From positions 69,130,001 to 69,194,000 of the forward strand of contig OX597830.1 of the NCBI GenBank assembly GCA_951406725.2: 64,000 nt of DNA, given 5' to 3'. The stretch is from Octopus vulgaris. Taxonomy: Eukaryota. Numbering within the stretch: position 1 is the stretch's first letter; every line of letters begins with the position of its first letter. Made by a program: the position numbers and the translations under genes. A model generated the notes under the pieces. That model ran no database searches, had not been told where the DNA came from, and was given only the letters and a program-made list of their open reading frames with translations. Shown piece by piece: positions 1 to 14,058 of this stretch.

Positions 1-1640
1 TGGAAAAGATTGCGTTTCTGTTGCGATTCAGTGTACATTAGGAAATCGTAGATAGTGACCACACAGCAATGCCAAATAATATCATAAGCACTGGGAGTGT
101 AAGATACGAAGTCAAACGTAACGAAAAGGAAGAAAACAACGAAAGGCAACAAACCCAGGCCGTATGAATGTATAATGATGAGCTATATGCACGAAATCAG
201 AACACCACAGACAAAAAATATGAACAGGAAGGAAAGCGAAACAAATCTAAAACCTTAAAAGAGTGAAGGTGAAACTAATGATTATGATACTCTAAAAATG
301 AATATAATCAAAGAATTGAAAGGCTCAGATCTCAGTATGGATAACTGACTGTAGCTCCCCAAAATTAAGATTGATATTAAAGCCACATTAATAATAAATA
401 ACAGGAAACTGGCCGTCACGGAACTAATACCCAAAGAAACAAACGTCAGTATGATCAGGTTAAATACTATAATATATCAAAGCTGGATACCCTCTCAAAC
501 CCATCCAAACAGGAGAATTACCACCTAAAAAAAATCCTGTGGATAAAGAATATCTAGAAAAAGATATAAAATAAAAGAAAGGATCTGTCAGTCCTTAAGG
601 AAATTAGTAGACAATCAACACTACTAAGCAACAAGAACAGAAGTAAAATACTATGGAAATAGAAAATTCTAGAACAAAGTATACCTGGGATTAAAGAACA
701 GCTAAAGCAAGATATATCCTCGCCAAAGTACAAAAAATCTGCCAGTATGAGATACGCCAACGTTTCTCTGAACAAAACAAACAGTTCTACTCCAATTTCA
801 AAAGATTCTACCTAGAGAATTTGGCAAAAATAAAATAGAGATCAATGGAAAGAAAAATGGTCGGTGAGGGGAACAACCTAGGAAAAGGTCTTTCAAAGTA
901 ACAAAAACAGCTCCTCTACAACTCTGGACTCCTATAGCAACTGAAGAGGTCGGCAACCATGCACTACATGGTCTCCAATTTCTGGTTGAAATATCAAGCA
1001 GGAATACAGAAAACGATGCCCAGGAAATTTGATGAAATACTAAAAGAGCCTGAGACAATATTTGAAGGGCCCATGGAAGGGAAACATTTCCTGATTACCA
1101 AATCCACTGACACGGGAAACCCACAAAATTACAAACTGATAACTTGTCTCGCTACAATTTACAAAACCTTCACTGCAGAGAATGGGCAAACATCTGGAAG
1201 ATAACAACCTGTTTCTGAAACGGAAGAAGGGGTGCTGCAAAAGCATCAGCTACTACCTGTCAATAAAGCCATAACTGAAGACAGCCGACAAGAGAAGAAT
1301 GGTCCAAGTATGACTGGGATCGATTATCGAAAAGCTTTTGATAATATTCTATGACCAAAGTAACGACAATAATCGAAAGAGAGCCGTCCCCGTTAGAACA
1401 GTAATATTCCAGGGAGACACGATCTTTCCACTCTTTCTGCTTGGCACTGACACCTTTATCTGACGTGCTAAATAGAATTAGATATGGATACAACTTTTAC
1501 GGGAAAGCAATCGACCAACTCTTGTATAGATGATCTAAAACTATACGCTACAAATGATAAACAGCTGGAAACAGTACAAGAGAGAGTACATGCCTTTGCC
1601 AAAGAAATAAACATGGAATTTGGCTTAGAAAAATGATAAA
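1..1640 (+). mobile_element. Degenerate R4/Dong-clade non-LTR retrotransposon fragment (RT)
   Basis: Broken frames give NYKLITCLATIYKTFT, DYRKAFD, IFQGDT..PLFFCLALTPLS, DDLKLYA and MEFGLEK, which are motifs typical of R4-clade RT. The 5' boundary is uncertain. Confidence 0.8.
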
Positions 1641-1875
1641 GTATTAGCGAAAAACTGATGAAGAATTAGCGAGTCTCTGTGACTTATACATATACGTTTT
1701 TAGCTGCATTTATTTCTATATATGGCTGTGCGCGCGCGCGTGCAAAATAGTGAATTAAAAAACGAAAAATGAAAACAAACGGGACAACGTACACAAAAAT
1801 GTATTATAGCTTGACGCCCACTGAAAGGAGTGAGGATGACATTTCGATCATTTACACACATACACACATATATAT

Positions 1876-1945
<70 letters not shown>

Positions 1946-2613
1946 GTATATATTATAGATAATATATGCCTATATACATACGTATATGTACATACTTACA
2001 TTTATACAATATATATATATGTATATATATGTATATATTATATATATATATATATGTATGTATGTATATATATATATATGTATGTATATGTATATATGCA
2101 TATCGGGGCAGAGGACGTCATAAAACGTACAAAAATACAGAAGCACGTGTACATGAACACGAACTATTTTTTTCGAACAACGACAGACACAAATGGAAAA
2201 CAAAACAAACATGAAGAACGACCGGTCATCAGTTGCTGGTTGTTTCTCTATTCTCGTATTTCGAGCATTTAGCAACAATATACGCATTCGATAAAACTGT
2301 TGCTCCCGCAAAGCAGATTAAGTAGAATTTGGGATTTTGCAAAGGATCAAATATAGGTAACACAACCAGGACAGTGAAAAGAAACAGGAAGGTCTGTTAA
2401 GTCTAAACGAGGTTGTGGTGACAAACGCGTAAATTAAGCTAGGACATGATACAAGCAAGAACACGTCTTCCTTGTTCCAGCTACAACGGAGAGAAAATAA
2501 GAAAGATGGCCGATGGTCACGCGGGAGCCATGTGAGCAAGGAAGAGTGAAGGAGAGAATAACAGAGTAATAGGATAGAACAGTGGGAGAAGAGCAGGTAA
2601 AATAGTAATAATG

Positions 2614-2719
<106 letters not shown>

Positions 2720-3049
2720 GAAAAAGTAAAAAGAAACAAAGAAAATGCACACTAGGCATAAAAGTAATGGTTCTTTTTCTTAGAACAAAGATACATATAT
2801 ATACAATTAAATGATTTGAGGGGGAAATTAAGAAGTATAAAAATCCTTACCATGAGTCATTATAGAAAGTCATACCGGTTTCGATATCGCTGTTCACTAA
2901 CTTTGAATCAACACCAATTTCCAAACGCTGTTGGTGTAATAGTACCTGTATCTGTATCTGTATACGAGGTAGAGGTAAGCTGTTCTGAAAGTGATGCAAT
3001 TAGATTAATATGATTAACAGAGTATGAATGGTATATGAGATGTTTGAGG

Positions 3050-4130
3050 ATTAGTGGGATTACTTGTATTAGTAAGGTTAGTAGTGTCCTGTTTTAAGTT
3101 GTGTGTTCATGTTAAGTTGTGGTTGATATTTATTACTGAAAGTTGCCTCTTTATCATTACTGGTACTGAGGGTGTTCTGGGAGCATTGAGAAAAGGGAAA
3201 CTTAGGAAGTTTGGTTTTAAGACTCCTATCACATCTATCCTTGTGCTCACTAACATGTATCTGTCTATACTGTGGAAACTTGATTTGTTGTTTTTGAAGT
3301 GTTGTTCTTCGTGTTTGTCCTATATAGTGGTTTTGGCAACCTAAGCAAGTAATGACATAGATTTGGTTTTCAGAGGCAAAGTGAAATGTGACTTTATCTT
3401 AAATATTTCACCTTGTTTGAAGTGAAATTCTATACCCCAAAAGTTGAAGTATGTGCCCCAGTTAGGCCACCCCATTTTCCACTTTTGGTTCCGTTGTTAA
3501 GGGATATAATCTTGCGCCGGTTAAATTTTGATAATTATGTGTGAGTCCAAAATTTCGTTCATTGTTTATCCCCAGTGCGAATGGGTAAATTCTGGATGAT
3601 GATGTTGAATGCCTCATTGTTTCTGGAGTTATATGTGGAGATGTATAGGAGTACATTTAAATTTGGTGTAGTATTTCGGTTAACTTCCCTTAAGGCTCGT
3701 ATGTCTAATTCCTTTGAGGCACCATATTTTTGCTGTGATAATTGGTATATTTTAATTTCTAGATTACAAAATTCGCAATCAGTGGGGCAGCACGAGGTTT
3801 CAATGCAATTCCACATTTTTCTTCATAGTAAACAATATCGGACATGGCGAAGTAGTTGTTCTGGAGGTTAAATTTCAGTGCTGGGATTGTGAAGCTGTGA
3901 TTTGATGCGTCCTGGGATCTCTTCTGGGTATTTTCTAGCCAGAGAGGATTGCTTTATATCATAATGGTGTGGGAAGCTAGTGCATAAATTCACCACATCC
4001 AAGCCTTATTTTCCCTGTCTTCCTTTTCGCTTGAATTTTACGCCATCTCCTGTTTCTGAAAAAAAAAACCTTTCCTCAGGGAAACGTTCAAACACTCTTT
4101 CTTTCTTTCTTTCTGTGAGCGTCTTATTCA
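3050..4130 (-). mobile_element. Degenerate Penelope-like (Neptune-type) fragment, palindrome copy
   Basis: Reverse complement of 6735-7810. Confidence 0.75.
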
Positions 4131-4263
4131 CAATTTGCATGTGTCAAGTCCTCGCGATGTTGTTTTACTTGTCCTTTTAGTCCGTCTTTTTTTCTATTAA
4201 TTATATATATATAGGTACAACAAATTTGCCCATTTCTTTTTGCTGCATGGAAACACCTCTTTT

Positions 4264-4349
<86 letters not shown>

Positions 4350-4850
4350 TGTGTATGTGTGTGTGTATGTATGTGTGTGTATGTGTGTGTGTGCTTGTGT
4401 GTGTGTCTGTATGTGTGTTTGTGTGTGTGTGTATGAGAATAGAATAATTTCTAAGGTATAATTCCTGCTGTTCTTATTGTTTATCAATTGCTTCTGTTAA
4501 GTTTAATTTCTCCACCTTTTCTGCAATTTTCGGTATATTTCTACTTGCTTCTCTTTGAGAATTGCCTCTTTCTGAATTCTCTCTTAATTTCTTAGCTTCC
4601 TTTGATCTTTATTTATCTCTCAACCTTCATCTCTATCTGAATCATTCTTTCTGTGCATAACTTTTCACCTGCCATATTATTCCTTAAAGCTGAGTTTCTT
4701 TTCCATTGTCTCGATTTCTTTCCTTTTAATAACACAGCTTTTCTATTCGACGTTCACAGTTAAAGGATAAAGACTTAAATATTCATCTTTATACACATCA
4801 TGACAATTCATTTTACTAACCTGGAATTTTACCATTTATTGATTTTGCAG

Positions 4851-4899
4851 ACTAGAACTTCAAGAAATGGCTGAGGTATCTGGTCAGAAACCCAAACAA
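4851..4899 (+). pseudogene. Inverted (antisense) copy of the 49-nt micro-exon LELQEMAEVSGQKPKQ
   Basis: Branch-like TTTACTAAC, acceptor GATTTTGCAG|, exon identical to 6077-6125. The donor is GTAAAC, lacking the +5 G present in the GTAAGC donors of the other copies. Confidence 0.6.
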
Positions 4900-6076
4900 G
4901 TAAACTTTTTTTAATCTTAAAATATACTTGAATTGTTCTGAATTGTGATGGATTATTTCTTGAGAATTTCATCAAAGGATTTGCTTAAAATGAACACTGT
5001 ATATTCTGTTTATGAATAATTTCATATATTTTCTCACATTGATACGACTGGTTGCTATCATTTATACTGGTAGACCAAGCTATTATTCTTCAGACTGGTA
5101 GAGCTATCTGCAATTTTTGCAGTAGGTAGAACTCTATTTTATCTCTTTTTGGTAGATCCAGCTACTAAATTCTATATATTTATTGCAGGCTTCCATTTTG
5201 TTATATCGTTGCAGTCAGTGTATGTGGTTTTCATTTTAATATCACTAAGAACAATTTTTAATATTAGAAAAAACAGCTTTATATATCATATTATTAGAGA
5301 TGGAAAGAATCATCGTATTATATGTCAAACCAGTAAAACCAGTTACTAAATTCCCCATATATATATATATATATTTATGTATGAATGTATGTATGTATAT
5401 ATGTATGTATATATGTATGTATATGTGTATGTATGTATGTATGTATGTATGTATCTATCTATCTATATATAAAGATTATATATATATACATACATACATA
5501 TATAAATCTTTATATATAGATAGATAGATACATACATACATACATACACATATACATACATATATACATACATATATACATACATACATTCATACATAAA
5601 TATATATATATATATATGGGGAATTTAGAAACTGGTTTTACTGGTTTGACATATAATACGATGATTCTTTCCATCTCTAATAATATGATATATAGAAGCT
5701 GTTTTTTCTAATATTAAAAATTGTTCTTAGTGATATTAAAATGAAAACCACTACACTGACTGCAACGATATAACAAAATGGAAGCCTGCAATAAATATAT
5801 AGAATTTAGTAGCTGGATCTACCAAAAAGAGATAAAATAGAGTTCTACCTACTGCAAAAATTGCAGATAGCTCTACCAGTCTGAAGAATAATAGCTTGGT
5901 CTACCAGTATAAATGATAGCAACCAGTCGTATCAATGTGAGAAAATATATGAAATTATTCATAAACAGAATATACAGCGTTCATTTTAAGCAAATCCTTT
6001 GATGAAATTCTCAAGAAATAATCCATCACAATTCAGAACAATTCAAGTATATTTTAAGATTAAAAAAAAAGCTTAC

Positions 6077-6125
6077 TTGTTTGGGTTTCTGACCAGATAC
6101 CTCAGCCATTTCTTGAAGTTCTAGT
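6077..6125 (-). CDS. Micro-exon type B (phase 2 to 0), (A)LELQEMAEVSGQKPKQ, of an unidentified host gene
   Basis: TACTAAC branch motif, ttttgcag| acceptor, |gtaagc donor. 49 nt = 1 nt + 16 codons. In frame with the upstream exon at 14006-14058. Confidence 0.72.
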
Positions 6126-6734
6126 CTGCAAAATCAATAAATGGTAAAATTCCAGGTTAGTAAAATGAATTGTCATGATGTGTATAAAGATGAATATTTA
6201 AGTCTTTATCCTTTAACTGTGAACGTCGAATAGAAAAGCTGTGTTATTAAAAGGAAAGAAATCGAGACAATGGAAAAGAAACTCAGCTTTAAGGAATAAT
6301 ATGGCGGGTGAAAAGTTATGCACAGAAAGAATGATTCAGATAGAGATGAAGGTTGAGAGATAAATAAAGATCAAAGGAAGCTAAGAAATTAAGAGAGAAT
6401 TCAGAAAGAGGCAATTCCTCAAAGAGAAGCAAGTAGAAATATACCGAAAATTGCAGAAAAGGTGGAGAAATTAAACTTAACAGAAGCAATTGATAAACAA
6501 TAAGAACAGCAGGAATTATACCTTAGAAATTATTCTATTCTCATACACACACAAACACATATACAGACACACACACAAGCACACACACACACATACACAC
6601 ACACCACAAAAGAGGTGTTTCCATGCAGCAAAAAGAAATGGGCAAATTTGTTGTACCTATATATATATAATTAATAGAAAAAAAGACGGACTAAAAGGAC
6701 AAGTAAAACAACATCGCGAGGACTTGACACATGC

Positions 6735-7810
6735 AAATTGTTAATAAGACGCTCACAGAATGAATGAAAGAAAGAGTGTTTTACGTTTCGAGCAAAGGTC
6801 TTTTTCAGAAACAGGAGATGGCGTAAAATTCAAGAGAAAAGGAAGACAGGGAAAATAAGGATTGGATGTGGTGAATTTATGCACTAGCTTCCCACACCAT
6901 TATGATATAAAAGCAATCCCCTTCTGGCTAGAAAAATACCCAGAAGAGATCCCAGGACGCATCAACCACAGCTTCACAATCCCAGCACTGAAATTTAACC
7001 TCCAGAACAACTACTTCATGTCCGATATTGTTTACTATTAAGAAAAATGTGGAATTGCAGTGGAACCTCGTGCTGCCCCACTGATTGCGAATTTTGTAAT
7101 CTAGAAATTAAAATATACCAATTATCACAGCAAAAATATGGTACCTCAAAGGAATTAGACATACGAGCCTTAAGGGAAGTTAACCGAAATACTACACCAA
7201 ATTTAAATGTACTCCTATACATCTCCACATATAACTCCAGAAACAATGAGGCATTCAACATCATCATCCAGAATTTACCCATTCGCACTGGGGATAAACA
7301 ATGAACGGAATTTTGGACTCACACATAATTATCAAAATTTAACCGGCGCAAGATTATGTCCCTTAACAACGGAACCAAAAGTGGAAAATGGGGTGGCCTA
7401 ACTGGGGCACATGCTTCAACTTTTGGGGTACAGAATTTCACTTCAAACAAGGTGAAATATTTAAGATAAAGTCACATTTCACTTTGCCTCTGAAAACCAA
7501 ATCTATGTCATTACTTGCTTAGGTTGCCAAAACCACTATATAGGACAAACACGAAGAACAACACTTCAAAAACAACAAATCAAGTTTCCACAGTATAGAC
7601 AGATACATGTTAGTGAGCACAAGGATAGATGTGATAGGAGTCTTAAACCAAACTTCCTAAGTTTCCCTTTTTCTCAATGCTCCCAGAACACCTCAGTGCA
7701 GTAATGACTAAATAAAGAGGCAACTTTCAGTAATAAATATCAACCACAACTTAACATGAACACACAACTTAAAACAGGACACTACTAACCTTACTAATAC
7801 AAGTAATCCC
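6735..7810 (+). mobile_element. Degenerate, internally deleted Penelope-like (Neptune-type) element
   Basis: DVVNLCTSFPH..WLEKYPEEIPGRINH..NNYFM..CGIAVEPRAAPLIAN (RT motifs A/B), thumb-like YISTYNSRNNEAFNIIIQNLPI, and GIY-YIG with CxxC (NQIYVITCLGCQNHYIGQT). Confidence 0.8.
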
Positions 7811-8168
7811 ACTAATCCTCAAACATCTCATATACCATTCATACTCTGTTAATCATATTAATCTAATTGCATCACTTTCAGAACAGCTTACCTCCCTTGC
7901 ATACAGATACAGATACAGGTACTATTAGACCCAACAGCGTTTGGAAATTGGTGTTGATTCAAAGTTAGTGAACAGCGATATCCGAAACCGGTATGACTTT
8001 CTATAATGACTCATGGTAAGGATTTTTATACTTCTTAATTTCCCCCTCAAATCATTTAATTGTATATATATGTATCTTTGTTCTAAGAAAAAGAACCATT
8101 ACTTTTATGCCTAGTGTGCATTTTCTTTGTTTCTTTTTAATTTTTCCTGTTATATATATATATATATA

Positions 8169-8207
8169 TGATTGATTGATTGATTCCAGTTCCAGGCCTA
8201 TGAGCTG

Positions 8208-8208
<1 letters not shown>
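8169..8208 (-). mobile_element. Tiny LINE 3'-tail insertion with (AATC)n tail, present only in this copy
   Basis: TGATTGATTGATTGATTCCAGTTCCAGGCCTATGAGCTGT inside (TA)n resembles the tail at 39478-39530. It is absent at the homologous sites ~2700 and ~18140. Confidence 0.6.
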
Positions 8209-8282
<74 letters not shown>

Positions 8283-8902
8283 CATCATCATTATTACTAT
8301 TTTACCTGCTCTCTCCCACTGTTCTATCCTATTACTCTGTTATTCTCTCCTTCACTCTTCCTTGCTCACGTGGCTCCCGCGTGACCACCGGACATCTTTC
8401 TTATTTTCTCTCCGTTGTAGCTGGAACAAGGAAGACGTGTTCTTGCTTGTATCATGTCCTAGCTTAATTTACGCGTTCGTCACCACAACCTCGTTTAGGC
8501 TTAACAGACCTTCCTGTTTCTTTTCACTGTCCTGGTTGTGTTACCTATTTTGATCCTTTGCAAAATCCCAAATTCTACTTAATCTGCTTTGAGGGAGCAA
8601 CTGTTTTATCGAATGCGTATATTGTTGTTAAATGCTCGAAATACGAGAATAGAGAAACAACCAGCAACTGATGACCGGTCGTTCTTCATGTTTGTTTTGT
8701 TTTCCATTTGTGTCTTTCGTTGTTCGAAAAAAATAGTTCGTGTTCCATGTACACGTGCTTCGTATTTTTGTACACGTTTTATGACGTCCTCTGCCCCGAT
8801 ATGCATATATACATTCATACATACATATATATATATATACGTATAAATGTAAGTATGTACATATACGTATGTATATAGGCATATATTATCTATAATATAT
8901 AC

Positions 8903-8952
<50 letters not shown>

Positions 8953-9189
8953 ATATATATGTGTGTATGTGTGTAAATGATCGAAATGTCATACTCACTC
9001 CTTTCAGTGGGCGTCAAGCTATAATACATTTTTGTGTACGTTGTCCCGTTTGTTTTCATTTTTCGTTTTTTAATTCACTATTTTGCACGCGCGCGCGCAC
9101 AGCCATATATAGAAATAAACAACAGCTAAAAACGTATATGTATAAGTCACAGAGACTCGCTAATTCTTCATCAGTTTTTCGCTAATACT

Positions 9190-10823
9190 TTATCATTTTT
9201 CTAAGCCAAATTCCATCTTTATTTCTTTGGCAAAGGCATGTACTCTCTCTTGTACTGTTTCCAGCTGTTTATCATTTGTAGCGTATAGTTTTAGATCATC
9301 CTTATACAAGAGTTGGTCGATTGCTTTTCCCGTAAAAGTTGTATCCATATCTAATTCTATTTAGCACGTCAGATAAAGGTGTCAGTGCCAAGCAGAAAGA
9401 GTGGAAAGATCGTGTCTCCTGGAATATTACTGTTCTAACGGGGACGGCTCTCTTTCGATTATTGTCGTTACTTTGGTCATAGAATATTATCAAAAGCTTT
9501 TCGATAATCGATCCCAGTCATACTTGGACCATTCTTCTCTTGTCGGCTGTCTTCAGTTATGGCTTTATTGACAGGTAGCTGATGCTTTTGCAGCACCCCT
9601 TCTTCCGTTTCAGAAACAGGTTGTTATCTTCCAGATGTTTGCCCATTCTCTGCAGTGAAGGTTTTGTAAATTGTAGCGAGACAAGTTATCAGTTTGTAAT
9701 TTTGTGGGTTTCCTGTGTCAGTGGACTTGGTAATCAGGAAATGTTTCCCTTCCATGGGCCCTTCAAATATTGTCTCAGGCTCTTTTAGTATTTCATCAAA
9801 TTTCCTGGGCATCGTTTTCTGTATTCCTGTTTGATATTTCAACCAGAAATTGGAGACCTTGTAGTGCATGGTTGCCGACCTCTTCAGTTGTTATAGGAGT
9901 CCAGAGTTGTAGAGGAGCTGTTTTTGTTACTTTGAAAGACCTTTTCCTAGGTTGTTCCCTCACCGACCATTTTTCTTTCCATTGATCTCTATTTTATATT
10001 TGCCAAATTCTAGGTAGAATCTTTTGAAATTGGAGTAGAACTGTTTGTTTTGTTCAAAGAAACGTTGGCGTATCTCATACTGGCGGATTTTTTGTACTTT
10101 GGCGAGGATATATCTTGCTTTAGCTGTTCTTTTATCCCAGGTATACTTTGTTCTAGAATTTTCTATTTCCATAGTATTTTACTTCTGTTCTTTTTGCTTA
10201 GTAGTGTTGATTGTCTACTAATTTCCTTAAGGACTGACAGATCCTTTCTTTTATTTTATATCTTTTTCTAGATATTCTTTATCCACAGGTTTTTTTTAGG
10301 TGGTAATTCTTCTGTTTGGATGGGTTTGAGAGGGTATCTAGCTTTGATATATTATAGCATTTAACCTGATCATACTGACGTTTGTTTCTGTGGGTATTAG
10401 TTCCGTGACGGCCAGTTTCCTGTTATTTATTATTAATGTGGCTTTAATATCAATCTTAATTTTGGGGAGCTACAGTCAGTTGTCCATACTGAGATCTGAG
10501 CCTTTCAATTCTTTGATTATATTCATTTTTAGAGTATCATAATCATTAGTTTCACCTTCACTCTTTTAAGGTTTTAGATTTGTTTCGCTTTCCTTCCTGT
10601 TCATATTTTTTGTCTGTGGTGTTCTGATTTCGTGCATATAGCTCATCATTATACATTCATACGGCCTGGGTTTGTTGCCTTTCGTTGTTTTCTTCCTTTT
10701 CGTTACGTTTGACTTCGTATCTTACACTCCCAGTGCTTATGATATTATTTGGCATTGCTGTGTGGTCACTATTTACGATTTCCTAATGTACACTGAATCG
10801 CAAAAGAAACGCAATCTTTTTCA
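9190..10823 (-). mobile_element. R4/Dong-like LINE fragment (right-arm copy)
   Basis: Reverse complement of 1-1640. Confidence 0.8.
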
Positions 10824-12929
10824 AATGTAATTTTATATTCTAAATATATTTCAGTGATGTAAGAGTAAATATTCCAAAACCTGCTGATTTATGGCTGAGA
10901 CCCAAATTACAGGCAGTCTTTAGACTTTCGTGAAACGGGACGCCAAAATGCAGCTGCGTTGAATGTCGTGGGTAGCAGTCGCAAACAATGGAAAAGAAAA
11001 CCGAAATGCACGTGCATCTCGTGGAGGTTATGGCTCTAAAAATGAACTTGAACCGCATTCCTGGCATTCCAAATTTCTTCGCCTTTGGAGTAGTTCATTT
11101 CGTACGTGAGTGTTGCATTGTTGGATTATTATTGTTGGAACTCCTTCGTGCTTTCTTTTGTTTGTTAACGCCACATTTGTTTATGTTCTGCGTTTCGCTG
11201 GCTTTTTTCAACATTATTCATATCTATTATATCAACGTCAATGTCTTTATGTGAGTTTGCGTGTTACTTGTGTATTCAAAAACTGCTGCACAGATCATAA
11301 TGAAATTTAGAACTCAAAATCAAAGCCTAGGGAGAAGGGAAATGCTGTGTGTTTCATACAATTTCATGGACCAAAATTACTGAATGGATCCTTATGATAT
11401 TTGAAACTTAGATTCAATGCATAAGGGCAGGTATAATGCAATATGTTTGGTTTAAATTTCAGATGGCTTAAAGGGGGAAGAACCCCCCATGAAAATTCAT
11501 AAATTTTTGATGTTGATGAAATTTCAACCATAAGTAATTGATACACATCAAGAAGTATTCTCAAAGATTCCACTTCATATGAGGATTCTAAGACACCATA
11601 TTGAGGGCCTTAACTCCCAAATTTTAGTCATTTCTTTTATGATCCAAAATTAGGTCAAAAGTACTGAATGGATCTTTACGAAATTTGGGAATTATATTCT
11701 ATGCATAAGGGCCATAACCCCATGACAATTCATATATTTTTGCTGCTGATGAAATTTTAACCATAGATATTAGATACAAATGAAGTAATATTTATAAAGT
11801 TTCATCTTCTTGCAAGTTAGAAAGACCCCTTAATGGGGACTTAATACCCACAATTTAGTCATTTTATCTAAGCAAAGACGAATACAGTTGTACTCTTGGA
11901 AGCTGTAGGGTCACCCGAGCATAGAAGATGAGCATTATTTGTAATTCAATGGTACAACAGTGTAAGAGTTTGCTTTGGCATACACTTAGATTGTGATTTC
12001 TGCAATGTGGTGCATAAATTGTCAAGAAAATGGGAGGCATCTTTGCTTCCGCTGATTCAGTTGCAAAGTGTTGAGTAAAGTTATTTGATTGCAGACTTCC
12101 TTTCAGTCTTTTTCTTATCACTGAGTCACACATAGTCCCCAGAGAGTAACATTGATTTCAAGGCCTTCCCAGATGAGTGTCTTGTTATTCAAAGACATTT
12201 ATAGATTGTAAATTTATTCTGTCCAGTTACGTATCAGTACAGTGGTCATTTGCAAACTCCAACTTTCATTTCTTCTTAGCCCTCACGTCAAACAGTTGTT
12301 AATGTTTATTTCAGTTGGGTCACGCCCTTCCAATTACTATAGATTCGTAATGCATCTTCCGGCTGTAATACTACATTGGGAATATTGCATTGGGAGCGGT
12401 AACGACTGGAGTGGGGTAGCTGACTGCTTATTGTGATGATTCGTCTTTTGGTTTCCTGTAGCTTTGCTCTATTTTACAAACCCAGTGAACATATATTTCC
12501 TATTTCAAAGAAATTCAAGCAATAGATATAAGACCCAAGTTAAAAAGATTCTCAACAATTCAACTTCTCTGCTTGACATTAAGACATCCCCCACCAAGAG
12601 GGGCCTTAACTCTCACATTTTAGAGCGCTCCATGACCTCCATTTTTTAGGAGCAAAATCCTTTTAACAGGTTCTATAAGACTAGAATTTTGGAATATGCG
12701 CATAAAAATCATTAGTATGGGATACATGTGGTACGATTACAATTCTTTTAGGTTGTGTAAAGAGGGAAATAACCCTCATCTGCAATTTTGATGAAATTCG
12801 AAACATTACAGAAAATATAACAGAAAAGTCTAATTCTTCAATTACATGTAACACGGGCAAAGTGTATATACACACAAATATAAATTGATAGATACAACTG
12901 AGTGGGCAAACAAAAATATGAGACAGCCT

Positions 12930-13110
12930 AGTGCTTTTTTTATGTTGATAAGCCTGGTACTTATTCTATTAGTTTCTTCTTGTGAAACCAGTAAGTTATG
13001 GGGATGTAAATAAACGTACAGCAGTTGTGAAGCAGTGATGAGGGCGAAACACAGAAACAAAGTCACACACATACACTTACATATGTACGTACATATATAA
13101 AAGATTGATT
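12930..13110 (+). mobile_element. Degenerate SINE, same family as 35625-35895
   Basis: AAGCCTGGTACTTATTCTAT...TAAGTTATGGGGATGTAAA matches 35668-35725. The duplication endpoint falls inside this SINE. Confidence 0.6.
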
Positions 13111-14005
13111 TCTGTAAGTTTCTGTCTACGAAATCCATATATATATATAGGGAGAGTTTTCGAAAAAAACAAAGGACGAAGAGAGGTGGTGTACAAAACA
13201 AACAGATGTATTAGTATAACGCTCAGGAATAGAAAAAGTCTTTTACGTTTCGAGCCTACGTTCTTCTACAGAAAGGGACACAGAAAAAACAAGGAGAGAA
13301 AAATGTGTGTAGTGGCTAACGATCTATCATATATGAATTTTTTGCGTTATAAGATAAAAATCCAAGGCTGCATAGATATTAGAGCATTTATAGATAGAAG
13401 GTCTTACTGCTGTTTCTAGGATATTAATTAATAATACCCTTCGGATAGCATAAATACCACGCTTAAAAACAGAATAAGATCTGGGATCGATTCATTCCAC
13501 TAAAACTTTCTGTCACAATAAAATACGTCAATTATCATCGAAATGACGTAATATTAAATAGCATTGTAGGTAGAAATTCACTGCCAATTAATAAAATCCG
13601 TATGTTTTATATTAATTCTTTCACTTGGTGTAGAGACTTCGTAAAACATTAATCTTATTTTGGTTATTAATGTTCTAAATTTTTCTAAGGTGACTAAATT
13701 ACCTGAACTTACAGACTGTTGTACTAAATACTTGCCAGATATCATTTCTTAACTGTCGATTCTCTTTCATTTTTCCATCATGGAAAATACTCAATAACAT
13801 CGCTTTCCCTTTATATAAATACCAGTAATATGGTGGGGTAAATATAGTTTATTCTTTCTTTTATTATTGTTGAAATTGTTCAAATACTAAAGGATAAAAG
13901 CAATACTTAAAATTCTCTAAGGATCAGATATGAAGAGATTTAGAGGTTTAGTGGTGTCTTTAAATATGATGAGTAAATGTAATATAGAAATGTTTGTCTA
14001 CTTAC

Positions 14006-14058
14006 CCATTGGCAGAAGATGCCATTGCCGCCAGCCTTCGTCTTTCTTGTCTTCCAAT
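14006..14058 (-). CDS. Micro-exon type A (phase 0 to 2), IGRQERRRLAAMASSAN(GG)
   Basis: attattctctag| acceptor, |gtaagtagac donor. 53 nt, stop-free. Flanks are homologous to the 26241 and 38880 exons. Confidence 0.75.

Larger units (their letters stand above)
5505..10823. repeat. Right arm of the giant inverted repeat; 27-nt TA/TACA spacer at 5478-5504
   Basis: Starts AATCTTTATATATAGAT, the reverse complement of the left-arm end, and stays collinear with the left arm throughout. Confidence 0.97.
5520..12997. repeat. Tandem segmental duplication, unit 1 (~7.4 kb)
   Basis: Direct repeat of 15530-22905. Both end ...TTGTGAAACCAGTAAGTT. Paired ORFs include 11864/21770 and 12242/22148. Confidence 0.95.

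Noticed and set aside
11864-12480. ORFs conserved between the duplicated units (11864/21770, 12242/22148)
   Set aside because: Conservation reflects recent duplication only; no recognisable domain or splice signals.
13240-13280. Hammerhead-like remnants on the minus strand here and at ~6780-6812, plus CTGATGA at ~15156
   Set aside because: Core or stem II is mutated (CTGTAGA, CTGAAAA); probably decayed PLE ends, so not called as ribozymes.
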